The notes under the pieces were generated by a model. That model had not been told where the DNA came from. It did no database searches and was given only the letters and a program-made list of their open reading frames with translations. 48,265 bases of DNA from the NCBI GenBank assembly GCA_051453625.1, contig JBOZIK010000001.1:39170526-39218790 (forward strand), read 5' to 3'. Origin of the DNA: Welwitschia mirabilis. Lineage: Eukaryota. Shown piece after piece: positions 12,982-25,131 of the stretch (positions within the stretch are counted from its first letter, which is position 1; each line of letters opens with the position of its first letter). A program made the translations under genes and the position numbers.

Positions 12982-13940
12982 TTGCTATGTGTTGAAGGGA
13001 ATTTTCATCATCTTATCCATTAAAAATTAGGTAAGAATTTAAATTTTTAATCTCAAAGTCATCTTCTAAAGATAGGTTAAAAGGGATTGAAATCTCTTAT
13101 TTCTTGTTAGCTAATAATTCCCTTAGGTTAAGATTTGCATTAGGATTAGGGGGTTTTGAGAGGCACTTGATATTGTAAATTGGTTCTCTTCCTCTATAGG
13201 ATTTTCATTAAAAAAATTTAATTTAAAAAAAAATTGGAAGGAGGATTGAGTGCACCTGGAGATTTATTTTCTGATTCATTTTCTATGTTCATCAGTTCTT
13301 CGTTAATGTTATTCTCTATTAGCAACCTTTCTCTCTAATACCTTTTCTCTATGTTGATCATGTCATAGCATCTTAAAATCAGCAAATAATAGAAAACAAG
13401 ATAAAAAACAACATAACATCATTCTATCTATTATGGAGACGACAGAAGAGATAACACATACAGAAACCAAAAAATCAAAAATAGAACAGAAACCGAAACA
13501 GAAAGCAAAAAAACTTAGAAAACAGGATTGTTTTCCACCTAGTCATCTGGATGGCATAGGAGACAACAAAGATTAATTTATTATTAAAAAAATAAAATTT
13601 AAAAATAAAACTAAAAATAAAATAGAAAACTAAAATTACACATTATTGTCCTGTCTGTTGTGGGGATGACAGGAATGATAACCACTATTTTTCTATAAAA
13701 AATCAAAACTTAAAACCAGAAAAATAAATACTGAGAACCAAAAAATCGAAAAAATGAAAAAAAATAAAAACCAAGAAACCAAAAAAATAAAAACTGAGGA
13801 CTAAAAAACCAAAAAATAAAAACCACAAATAGAAAACCTATGATTTTTAATAAAAATACAAATCGCTACAGATAAATAATCGAATAGAAATCTGATGTGC
13901 TCATACAAATGATAACAACCCTCATACTCCTCAATAGCCT
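12982..13940 (-). repeat. Element B 5' UTR and gag start; duplicate of 11630-12493
   Basis: Colinear with 11630-12493 across the 12494-12981 gap. Includes A-rich short repeats (AAAAATAAAAACC). Confidence 0.85.
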
Positions 13941-13958
13941 TCCTCAGCAATAGCACTA
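13941..13958 (-). promoter_or_regulatory. Primer-binding site of element B (decayed tRNA-Asp type, Athila-like)
   Basis: The minus strand reads TAGTGCTATTGCTGAGGA, 3 nt after the LTR end CA. It differs from the Athila-type PBS TGGCGCCGTTGCCGGGGA only by C>T/G>A transitions. Confidence 0.8.
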
Positions 13959-13961
13959 ATT

Positions 13962-15045
13962 TGCTGTAGTGTTTACTTTTTGCAAGTGCTTAAGTTTAAA
14001 AGGATTTTATCATTCATATAATAAATAGATATCTTACACAATATAGCACACTAGTATCAGTGCGAGTAGGCCTGAAATGTCATATTCACATTAAAGACTA
14101 TGAGATGGGACTCGGATTACTTTGCAAAAGAATAATAGGAATTAAAAATAAAGAATAATGCAAGAAATAAAATGTACAATGCAAATACAAGATGCAACCT
14201 AATCTAACACGCAATGCAAAATGTAACTAACACTACTTGCTTTCAACCTTAACAAAGGCTATTCTTGATAATCTATATCAGCCAAGAAATTGTTACTAGA
14301 TCAATGCAATATATACTATAAGGGTTATTAGAAAATCTACAATATAAACATAAAAATAAAATAAAGTTTATATTAAAAATAAATAATAAGCATCTTAGTT
14401 ACAAAATAGTCGGGTCTCAATGAAGGATACATAGCCCTTCACCAAGTGCATGTCTTTCTACAACACTCAAGATGGATCTATTACTCTTTGATCTCCTATC
14501 ATGAGAATTTTTGGTGCAACGAAGATGAGAAAGAGAGTTGAAGGGGGATTTATTATAATAACTCATAGCAAAAAAAGACAAACAAAAGGTACGGTTAAGT
14601 GCACTCTTTTACATAAATGAAACGAAAAAAATGGTCAAGGATCACTGTCAGAGTCGATTACATATTAGTGTCATTCATACTATCATCTGAACAACAAGGG
14701 AGATGACAGCTTATTACAAAAGATGATTTAGAGTGATAGCTCAGCAGTCCATATTAGCATGTAAATATGTCATCAACTTGCCTATCATGGGAATGAAAGA
14801 GGGAACGGTGATCTTCTTTAATCATTTTCTTAAGGAGAAACTTAGTATTTTTATTAATAATCCTTCTCCAAAGCTCTGTGAATCAGAATGTGTATTTAAT
14901 ACATTAAATCTAGGTAAGAATCACATATTTTTAAGATTTCCTATTGAATATTCAAAATCCTCAGAATTGCACTTAAACCTGTGTAAAAGTCTTAGAAAAT
15001 AACTCATAAAACCCCATCAAATAACCACAAATTGACAGTGTAATA
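13962..15045 (-). repeat. 5' LTR of element B
   Basis: Homologous to 5543-6608. Ends ...CACTACAGCA before the PBS; the start TG has mutated to TA. Confidence 0.9.
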
Positions 15046-15050
15046 GAATG

Positions 15051-16260
15051 CTTCTTAATCAAAATTCATTCTAATTTAATAGATACTTTCACAAAAGAAC
15101 AACCAATAAATTACTTTTATATGGACTAAACAGCCAAACAGAATAACTCATAGATTTCTCTTATGGTGAAAACCTAATAAACCTCACATTAGAAAATTCT
15201 TAGAAACCATTATAAGTACTTATTAAGGTAAGACAAACTTAGCCAAAATTAACATCGAGAGATAATTGCACTGTAGGATAAATCATCAAAGATTTAAAGG
15301 AAGTAAAACAAGAAAAGAAAGTAAACAAAATAGAAGACAAACCTAAAAATTTTATTAAAGTATTCACAATAACTTTGAATAAATATATTGAAATGATTCT
15401 AGATGTAAAATCAGTAATCAAAAATAGTGTTGTGATAAATGTAACTTATGTGAAGATAACTATAACATAACCAAGGATTGTCCACTATTACCAACCTTCA
15501 AGGAGAGAATATATGAAGAAGTTTATGCTTTCAATAAAAAATTTTCAAACTTTTAATACCAAAACCAAAATTAGTCACAAATTAGGATGCATATACAATC
15601 TAATTTCAAATCTTTGACAATAAATTTAAAAATTTTCAAACCAATTTTTAACCTTTCAAAAATCGATTTGAAAATTTAAACTTCAACTAATTTCATTAAA
15701 TTAAAATGATTCACTCAAAAATGTTATAGATAAACTTAGGAAATCATAAAAAAAACAAACTTTAACATTAAAAACTTAGTAAATGTCCTTGAAAAAACCA
15801 TATTAGCAAATCAAAGACCACAACGATCATTAGCAATACAACCTCTATAGAATTCTAATAAAGTAAGAAAAAAATATAAGCTTGTAACATGAAGTGGACA
15901 TGAAACAAACCCTCCTCCTTATGAAGCATTAACCTCCCAAAATAACATTAGAGATGATGAGGAAAAAGAGGATATCAAAATACTAAAAAATCATTCCCTT
16001 CTCATGACAAAATTAAAAAGACAATTTCTTATGAAACAGAAAATAAACCAGCTACCCCTTGGCTTAGTAGGCTTAACGCTAATCCAACTTTTGATGAACA
16101 TCTCAAAATCTTAATGCAAAATATGAGTATAAACTTATAATTCTAGAAACTTTTAAGAAAATCCAAAGTATTCTAATCTTTGGAAAGACTTAATAAGAAA
16201 AAAATAAAAATGAATTATTCCTAACAAAGTTTTTTTAGCTCAATCTCTCACAAACTTAAT
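15051..16260 (+). pseudogene. gag: Element A gag, C-terminal part
   Basis: Reads FLIKIHSNLIDTFTKEQPINYFY...LIDFSYGENL, with CPLLPTFKE at ~15479 and PWLSRLNANPTFDEHLKILMQNMSINL. Multiple stops. Confidence 0.85.
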
Positions 16261-16700
16261 GTTATAAAAATCTCCAAAATTTAAGAATTCATAGGTAGTA
16301 ATAGTTAGTGTTACATTGGAGGAAAATAAAATAATTAAAAGGGTTTTAATCAACATTGGAGCAAGTGTCAATATTATGCCATTACACATTTGTAAGAGGC
16401 TTGGTTTAGAAGGTAAAATGGAGCCAACTTAAATTATATTAGAAGTAGTAGATACATTAGTTAAGAAACCCTTAGGAGTTATCAAAGATTTAGTAATCCA
16501 AATTGAAGGGGCATTCTATTTGATAGATATGGTTATAACAGAGGTTGAACATAATAAAGACTACCCATTACTTTTGGAAAAGCCTTCTATGAAATAGCCC
16601 ATTGCATTATCAATATAAGAACTAGAATGATGGAGTATCACTTAAAAAATAAAAATTTTTCAATTAGAGTTTTTGGTACAGCTAAGAAGGGCTTAGGTGA
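16261..16700 (+). pseudogene. Element A aspartic protease remnant
   Basis: RVLINIGASVNIMPLHICKRLGL...DTLVKKPLGVIKDLVIQIEG...YPLLLEKP. The catalytic D has mutated to N. Confidence 0.9.
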
Positions 16701-17249
16701 TAAATGGAATGTAAAAAATAAAATTAAACCAACCTTATTCCTACAACATCATCCTTTTGAAGATATATGACTAATGTCACATGAATCTACACTTTATGAT
16801 GATCCATTTAAAATTAAAAACTTAAAATCTTTTGATATATCCAAATTTGAGCATGCAAAAAATTATCTCTTAGCTCAAAATAAAGAAGAAATAAAACCCT
16901 TAGTCTGCAATGAAGTCCAACTATTAAGAACAAATGAAAAATCACACTTTAAGGGAGGTCGTCCACTACATGAATCTATAATAGAAACTAAAAATATTAA
17001 TTTGAATTTAACTCTGAAAAACCTTTCTAGTGGATTAAAGTATATTTTCTTTATAACAATTAGAATAAACCTATAATAATTAATGAAAATCTCTTCTCTG
17101 AATAAGAGTCAACCTTAATCTCCCTTTTGACTTTTAAAATTTATGCATTCGCTTAGTCTCATAAAGATTTATCTGACCTGTTATATAACTACCAAAAAGA
17201 TTAAATCTAGCACTTTAACAACTAATATATGCTACAATCATTTATGCTA

Positions 17250-18040
17250 TATCAGATAGTAAATGAGTTACTCCCTTAATCATAGTACCAAAAAAGGATG
17301 GAAAATGGAAAGAATACATAGATTTTAGAAAACTGAATGATGTTAGAAAAAAGGATCATTGTCCCGTATTCTTTCTTGACCAAAAACTTAATAGAATTTA
17401 GGGACTTGCTTTTTATTGCTTTTTATATGGATATAGCAGTTATAATTAGGTTTGTATAGCTAGCAAATACTAGGCTAAGACAACTTTTACTTTGCCTTTT
17501 GGGATGTTTGCTGTTAGATGAATGCCTTTTAGATTATGGAATACTCGTAAGACTTTTCAGCATGCTATGATAGGTATTTTCATGGATATGTTAGAGGACT
17601 TAATATAAATTTTTATGGATGACTTTTCAATCTTTGGAGAATTCTTTGATCAAATCTTAGAAATATTAGAAAAGTCCATGATAGATGCATAGAGTATGAC
17701 TCACATTTAATTTGGAAAAAGAGCTTATTTTTAGTTGATAATGAAATAGTCATAGGTCATTACATTTTTAAAAGAGAAATTAAGATGAATCCTAATTAAG
17801 TAATTATCATTAAAATCTTAACTCATTTAACTAATATTAAGCAACTTCAATCTTTTCTTGGACATCATGGTTTTTACCACTGCTTCATATAAGAGTATGC
17901 TAAAATCTGTAAACCCCTCCACTTATTACTAGAAAGAGAAGTAAAATTTGAATGAAACAAATCTTGTCAACTTGATTTTAATACACTTAAATAGAAAATT
18001 TCCTCTACATCTATTTTAAAACGACCTAACTAGGATAAGA
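17250..18040 (+). pseudogene. Element A reverse transcriptase remnant (Ty3/gypsy)
   Basis: VPKK, DFRKLND..KKDH, KTTFTLPFG..MPF.L.N, IFMDDFSIFG (FMDD at 17612-17623) and LQSFLGH.GFY. Stops and frameshifts present. Confidence 0.95.
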
Positions 18041-18450
18041 ATTTTTAACTAATGTGTGATACCAATAATGTTGCTATAGGTTGGGTGCTTAAAAAGAAAT
18101 ATGAAAATGATTTCAAAGTCATATCTTTTCATAGTAAAACATTATACAAAGCTCAAACAAATTACACAACTACCAAGAGAGAGATATTAGTGATAATCTT
18201 TCACCTTAATAATCTTAAACATTATCTTTTAGGATTTCACACAAACATCTATGCGAATCATGCAATGATGAAATACTTGATGACTAAGAAAGATTCTAAT
18301 TCTAGGTTGATTAAGTGGATCCTCTTGATGTAAGAATTTGATCTTGCCATCATAGTAAGGCAAAGAAACATAAGAACATAGTAGATCACTTATCACATCT
18401 TTCTTTTTCTTTTGATGATCTTTCTATCAATAATTCTTTCCTAGATGAAT
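18041..18450 (+). pseudogene. Element A RNase H remnant
   Basis: ORF 18052-18333: MCDTNNVAIGWVL...AQTNYTTTKREIL...KKDSNSRLIKWILL*EFDL matches gypsy RNase H (MCDAS...AQLNYTTTEKE...RLIRW). Confidence 0.93.
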
Positions 18451-18479
18451 AACTATTTGTTGTGTTTCTACTCATCCCT

Positions 18480-19740
18480 CTTCATGATATGTTGATATTA
18501 TCAGCTATCTTGTTACTTTAAAAACATTATAAAATTGGAGTCATAATGAAAGAAAATATTTTCTCCATAGAATAGGTAACTATGAGTGGATAGGGCCCCA
18601 TCTTTATCATAGGTGTAAGGACTAAATTATGAGAAAATGTATACCAGAATGAGAAAAATTTGATATCCTTCATCCTTATTATGGTAGTGTTTATGGTGGA
18701 TATTTTAGCAATAAAAAGATATCCATAAAAATTCTTCATTTTGGATTTTATTAACTTAGTCTTTTTCAAGACTCTCATGATTATTCTAGAAGATGTCATG
18801 CATGCTAATATTTTAGTAGTCTTTTACAATCATATTAAATTTCCCTCAAATCTATTTTTGAGTTTGGACCTTTTAATTATTGGAAATTAATTTCATGAGT
18901 CCAATTAAACCATATTCTATAAATAAAAGTTATATTTTAATGGCTATTGATTATGTGACTAAATGGGTTAAAGTAGTTCGTACTTCCTTAAATAATGTTC
19001 AAATCATTTGTAACATGTTAGAACTTAAATTTTTCAATGTTTTGGCTTTTCTTGAATAACTATTAGTAATTAAGGAATCCATTTCATAAATCATATTTTT
19101 AAAAAACTTCTTTTATCCATTATAATATAACATCGAGTACTTATTCTTATCATCCTCAAATGAATGGAAAAGCTAAAAATGTTAACAAAGAAATAAGAAA
19201 TCGTGGGCTTTTAAACTAAATTATGTTCTTTAAACTTACTATATAGCTTGGCATAATTCACTTGATTTTTCACCTTATAAACTTGAATATGGTAAAGTCT
19301 GTGTTTTACCTACTGATGTTTGTTATAATACTTATCATTTTATACATCAACTTAACCTTTTAACTTTAGGAGAGTTTTAAAAATCATTTAGCTCAATTAG
19401 ATCATTTAGATAAGAAACAAACTCAATCTATTCATCATTAACTTATTTCCAAAGCCCAAAATAAGTTCAAACATGATAAAAAGTTAATCTTAAGAACTTT
19501 GAAATTGGTCAACTAGTCTTATTATACAATACTAGGGTACATCTTTTATATAATGAGTTGAACTCAAAATGGTTAGATCCTTATCTTATTAAGAAATTAC
19601 ATTCTAATGAATTTGTTGAGATTTATGACTTAACCACTAAAGATATTTAGAAAGTTAATGAAAAATGGTTAAAAATATACAAGCAACCTTCTGATGTAAA
19701 CATGATAGAAGAACTAGTCTTGCAGGTTTCCCTCAATTAA
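18480..19740 (+). pseudogene. Element A integrase remnant
   Basis: YILMAIDYVTKWVKV, G.HFIN, YHPQMNGKA and the C-terminal FEIGQLVLLYN...SKWLDPY...KVNEKWLKIY (GPY/F module). Disrupted. Confidence 0.92.
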
Positions 19741-21435
19741 GAGGAATTTTTCCCTACCACTATTTGAATTTTCTCTTAGCTTATTCTTATGAATACCTTT
19801 ATGATATTACTTGATCATCTTTAAAAAATGACTTATGTATTTATTTTATTTCGATAACTAGTCTTTATACTTGAGCATTTTACAATGGTAAGATTGGATT
19901 CACCCAATATTAAGAAATTCATAGGTCTATTAACTTCATTTTGAAGGAAGATGCTTTATGTATTATATTTTTCTCAATAATGAAAGGTCTTATATTGTTT
20001 AGGAATGTTATTTTCTATCTTTCATCTTATTACTTCATCTTCGTCCTGATCATGTGGAATTTATTTTTAGTTAATATTAAAAAATAAAAAGAAAATAAAA
20101 GAAGAGAAGAAAAAAGACCATAATGTTTTATATCTAAGATAGCTCAAAAACATGGTCACCATGATGTCCTACCATAAGTACACCTAGGCAAATTTTCCTA
20201 TGAGGAGCCTTTGGCAGTATAATATGTTAGCTATGGGAACTCCATTGGGAGGTCAGTTGACCATGCTTCATGGGTTCTTACTTCTCTAACTATAGTTGTA
20301 CTTCCCTTATCATTGATAGTAAAATAATAAAAACTTTGAGGCTATGGGATCAATGGTATTCCTGGTGTCATCATAGGCATTGCTTATTTTCTAGACTCTT
20401 AGTCTTTTCACATGATCATTTTATTTCTAAGAATTCAATTGTTTATTTAAGATGTAATTAGGTGAGTTAATTTTTAAATAACTCTTTAATCTTATGACTT
20501 ATTATTTAAAGTATTTAATTTTTAGCATCATCATAACCACAAACTTATCGAATGGAACTTTACATATTTATACAGAAAGTGATGCATTTTAAATCAAGTG
20601 ATGTTATGATTTTTCTATAGGTATCTACTAGGTTAAAATTTAGGGTAGATAGGCTATCATTTTCATGTTTTTTACATCCATTTTTCTATTTTCGTTTATT
20701 ATTCAGTAAGTTATTTCAAAGTCATTTTGATATTTTTTTATCGTTTTAAAACCTTAACATTTAATAGTTTTATGCCTTAGTTTTTAATAAAGAGTTGATT
20801 TCCTGATTAGATGAGTTTTATTACAAATTTTGTAATGTTTATTTTTAGTCTTTTAGATTCCTACACACTATTCATAATCATTTATTTTGTTAAGGCACAT
20901 TTGTTAGGCACTCATAGATTTGCTTCATCTAGTTAACACATTTTCATTGTTTACTCTTTTCATATTTTTTAGAATTCTTCCTAAATCTTTATTTTTTAAA
21001 TCTGACATTTCTACACTTAGCTTTGTACTAAATTTATCAATTTTCAAAATTCAAAAACATGCATTATTCACCTTCTGATGTGGACATCATAAACTTATCT
21101 CATTTCTTTGCTTCATTAGCCAATATGGGATGTATTGTTTTTCTTGGGAAAGGGCAAGACTCATTTTTATAATTTTTATACTAATTTATAAGGTTATTTT
21201 AGAGCTTTTATCAGACATAATTTTTGCAATCTTTACTCCATACACACGATGCGCTACATTTTATTCTGCTATGTGATATGTTTGAGATTATTTATAAGCC
21301 TACTTTATAACTTCCAAATTAATTTTTTAAAAGATNNNNNNNNNNNNNNNNNNNNNNNNNNNNNNNNNNNNNNNNNNNNNNNNNNNNNNNNNNNNNNNNN
21401 NNNNNNNNNNNNNNNNNNNNNNNNNNNNNNNNNNN

Positions 21436-23222
21436 GACTTTAAAATGGTTAGGTCCTTATCTTATTAAGAAATTACATTTTAATGACTTTGTTGAGATTT
21501 ATGACTTAACCACTAAAGAAATTTAGAAAGTTAATGAATAATGGTTGAAAATATACAAGCAACCTTCTGATCTAAACATGATAAAAGAACTAGTCTTATA
21601 GGTTCTCCTTAATCAAGAGGACTTTTTCCCTACCACTATTTGAATTTTCTCTTATCTTATTCTTATGAAGACCATTATGATATCACTTGATCATCTTTTA
21701 AAAATGACTTACATATTTATTTTATTTTGATGACTAGTCTTTGTACTTGAGAATTTTACAATGATAAGATTGAATTCACCCAATCTTAAGACATCCATAT
21801 GTCTATTAACTTCATTTTGAAGGAAGATGCTTTATTTATTATATTTTTCTTAATAATGAAAGGTCGTATATTGTTTAGGAATGTTATTTTCTATCTTTCA
21901 TCTTATTACTTCATCTTCATCGTTTGAAGTATTTGATCATGTGGAATTTATTTTTAATTAATATTAAAAAAATAAAAAGAAAATAAAAGAAGAGAAGAAA
22001 TAAGACCATAATGTCTTATATATAAGATAGCTTAAAATCATGGTCATCATGATGTCCTACCGCAAGTACACCCAGGCAAATTTTCTTAAGAGGAGCCTTT
22101 GGTAGTGTATATGGTAGCTATGGAAACTCCAATGAGAGGTTAATTGGTCATGCTTTATGGGTTCTTACTTCTCTGACTATAGTTGTACTTCCCTCATCAT
22201 TGATAGTAAAATAATAAAAAATTTGAGGCTATGGGATCAATGGTATTCCTAGTGTCATCATAGGCATTGCTTGTTTTCTAGACTCTTAGTCTTTTTACAT
22301 GATCATTTTATTTCTAAGAATTCAAGTGTTTATTTAAGATGTAATCAGGTGAGTTAATTTTTAAAAAACTCTTTAATCTTATCACTTATTGTTTAAAGCA
22401 TTTGATTTTTAGCATCATCATAACCGTTACCTTATCAAGTGGAACTTTACATATTTATACATTTAGTTATGCATTTTAAATTAAGTGAGGTTATGATTTT
22501 TCTCTAGGTATCTACTAGGCTAAAATTTAGGGTAGGTAGTCTATCCTTTTAATGTTTCTTACATCCATTTTTCTATTTTCATTCATTATTTAGTAAGCTA
22601 TTTCAAAGTCATTTTGATATTTTCTTATCATTTTAGAACCTTAACATTTAATAGTTTTATGCCTTAATTTTCAGTAAAGAGTTGATTTCTTGATTAGATG
22701 AGCTTTATTACAAATTTTGTAATGTTTATTTTTAGTCTTTTAGAGTCCTACACACTGTTCATAATCATTTATTTTGTTAAGGCACATTTGCTAGGCACTC
22801 ATAAATTTGCTTCATCTAGCTAACACATTTTCATTATTTACTCTTTTCATATTTTTCAGAATTCTTTCTAAATCTTTATTTTTCAAATCTGACATTTATA
22901 CACTTAGTTTTGCACTAAATTTATCAATTGTCAAAATTCAAAAACACCCATCATTCATCTTCTTATATGGACATACTAAACTTATCTCATTTCTTTGCTT
23001 CATTAGCCAATATGGGACGTATTCTTTTTCTCAGGAAAGGACAAGACTCATTTTCATAATTTTTATACCAATTTATAAGGTTATTTTGGAGCTTTCATCA
23101 AACATAATTTTTGCAATCTTCACTTCATACACATGATGTACTACATTTTATTCTACTATGTGATATGTTTTAGATTATTTGCAAGCCTATTTTATAACTT
23201 CCAAATTAAGTTTTAAAAGATA
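21436..23222 (+). repeat. Direct duplicate of 19561-21335 (integrase end and 3' internal region of A)
   Basis: Colinear over ~1.8 kb across a 100-N gap. Confidence 0.92.
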
Positions 23223-23276
23223 ATTTAACTTAAAATTACAGTTTTTCATCTAGTTTTATCAGGGACTGATAAGGAT

Positions 23277-23289
23277 AAGTGTGGGACTA
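23277..23289 (+). promoter_or_regulatory. Polypurine tract of element A
   Basis: AAGTGTGGGACTA immediately precedes the LTR TG at 23290. Confidence 0.75.
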
Positions 23290-24600
23290 TGATGCACTAT
23301 CAAATTATATGTATTTGATGGGATGTTGTGAGCTATTTTTTAAGACATTTATATAGGTTTAGATGCAATTCTAAGGATTATGGGGAGTTGATGGATGATC
23401 ATAAAAACACATAATTCTTATCATATTTAAAGGTATTTCAAGCATATTTTGATTTCTAATGCTTGGGAAGAAGATCAATACTAAAGGCTAACTTCTCTTG
23501 AGTTATAAAGATAAGGATGACTATCATCTCCACTGTTATCCTCGTGATAGACAGGACGATAGCACTGCACAAGCTATATGGGATGCTGACATGGATAAGA
23601 GCTGGAACCAATGAAGTCTTCTTTCCTAAAGGTGTTGTTCCCATTATCATTCCCGTGACATAAAGGATAATAAATCATGACTCATCTATGTTCATCCCAG
23701 TTGTTATTTCCACAACAGTGAGGACGACAATTGAAATGGCTGGCTACGTTTCATTCATTTCATCTATTTCTTTCTCTGAATTGAGCACATTTTTTAGGGA
23801 ATTTTAAGTGATGTTTGTGATTTCTTTGCTATATAAATAAACTTTCCATTTGATCCTTCTATTAACTTTAGTGCACTAGAAATTCTCATGATAGGAGATT
23901 AAAGGGCATAAGATCTATCTTGTGTAGTTGCAGAAAGATGTTTCCTTAGTGTTAGGCTATGCATTTTGCATTGAAGTGTAGCTATTTTGTAATCTAGATA
24001 CTGATTTGATTTATAATATAAATTATGTTTCTTTTATTCATTAATACTCTTTAATATCCCTTATGATTTATGTTATTGTTAATTCAATGACAATCTCGTT
24101 AATGATGGGAATCTTAAGGGTAACTTTTGTTAAGGTTGATGATATTATTTTGGAAGCATTTTGCATTACATTCTATTTGATTTACTTGATATCCTATGTT
24201 AGTCTCAGTTAATAATAGTCTCCCTAGCTAATTTAGGTTATACAAGGCCAATCTTCCTAACAAGTTGATTCAGTAATCAGATAGGTATTCATCTAGATTA
24301 AGTGCATTTATATTGCATTACATGTTTATTTTCCTACATTATTCTTAAGTTTAGGATACAATATTTTCTTTGAAAATTAATTCTTCCCCTTCTCTTATAT
24401 TCCTTCAATAGGTTTACAACATTTGGATTACTCCCATTTATACTGGGTATGCTATATTTACAACATATATAAATTTTTGATTAATAGAATTTGGTAAAGA
24501 ATAAAAAGTTGAAAAATCATGCACTACAATAATGGCTATAAATTTGTAATTAATAAAATTTGATAAAAGATAGAAAGTTACAAAATTACATACTCCAACA
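23290..24600 (+). repeat. 3' LTR of element A
   Basis: Homologous to 2290-3469, with TG...CA termini. The last ~140 bp form two ~69-bp tandem units. Confidence 0.83.
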
Positions 24601-25131
24601 ATGACATAGAAGGCAATAAGAATGAAAATGAAGATAACAGCATTAAAAGCAGATCAAAAGTAATCAAGAAGGTTATCCTTCCAAGACACCACAAGACTAG
24701 AGGGGAAAAAAAGCATTAACAATTGATCATAGCTTTGTATGATCTAGATTTATCTAAGTCTACACTTAGAATCATTTTTTCACAAGCAGATATGTGGTAA
24801 ATTTAATCAAAAAAAACATGAAAATTCTACTTGAAATAAAAATATTAAAAAAACTCAATATCAGAAAGTTGAAAAAAAGAAAGTGATATTCAATTTACAA
24901 CACAAGAAAATGGAAATGCTCCAAGGATTTAACAATTCATCCAACTCTTCTCCTTTGCTCTAATGATTCTTGTATTCTAAAAATTGAATATTAAGTAAGC
25001 TCCACCTAAAAATTTGCTAATACCAAATGATNNNNNNNNNNNNNNNNNNNNNNNNNNNNNNNNNNNNNNNNNNNNNNNNNNNNNNNNNNNNNNNNNNNNN
25101 NNNNNNNNNNNNNNNNNNNNNNNNNNNNNNN

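Larger units (their letters stand above)
5543..15045 (-). mobile_element. Element B: Athila-like Ty3/gypsy element nested in A's gag; gag and protease seen, RT/RH/INT not seen
   Basis: Two homologous LTRs (5543-6608 and 13962-15045), a PBS, a PPT and a TSD AAATG (5538-5542) / GAATG (15046-15050). A's gag rejoins in frame when B is removed. Confidence 0.9.
2290..24600 (+). mobile_element. Element A: degenerate Athila-like Ty3/gypsy LTR retrotransposon, host of nested element B
   Basis: Matching LTR starts TGATGCACCATCAAATTATATG (2290) and TGATGCACTATCAAATTATATG (23290). Gag, PR, RT, RH and INT remnants occur in gypsy order. A PPT precedes the 3' LTR, which ends ...CTCCAACA at 24600. Putative TSD is ATTGC (2285-2289) versus ATGAC (24601-24605), or ATGGC in the duplicate copy (26299-26303). 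Confidence 0.85.
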
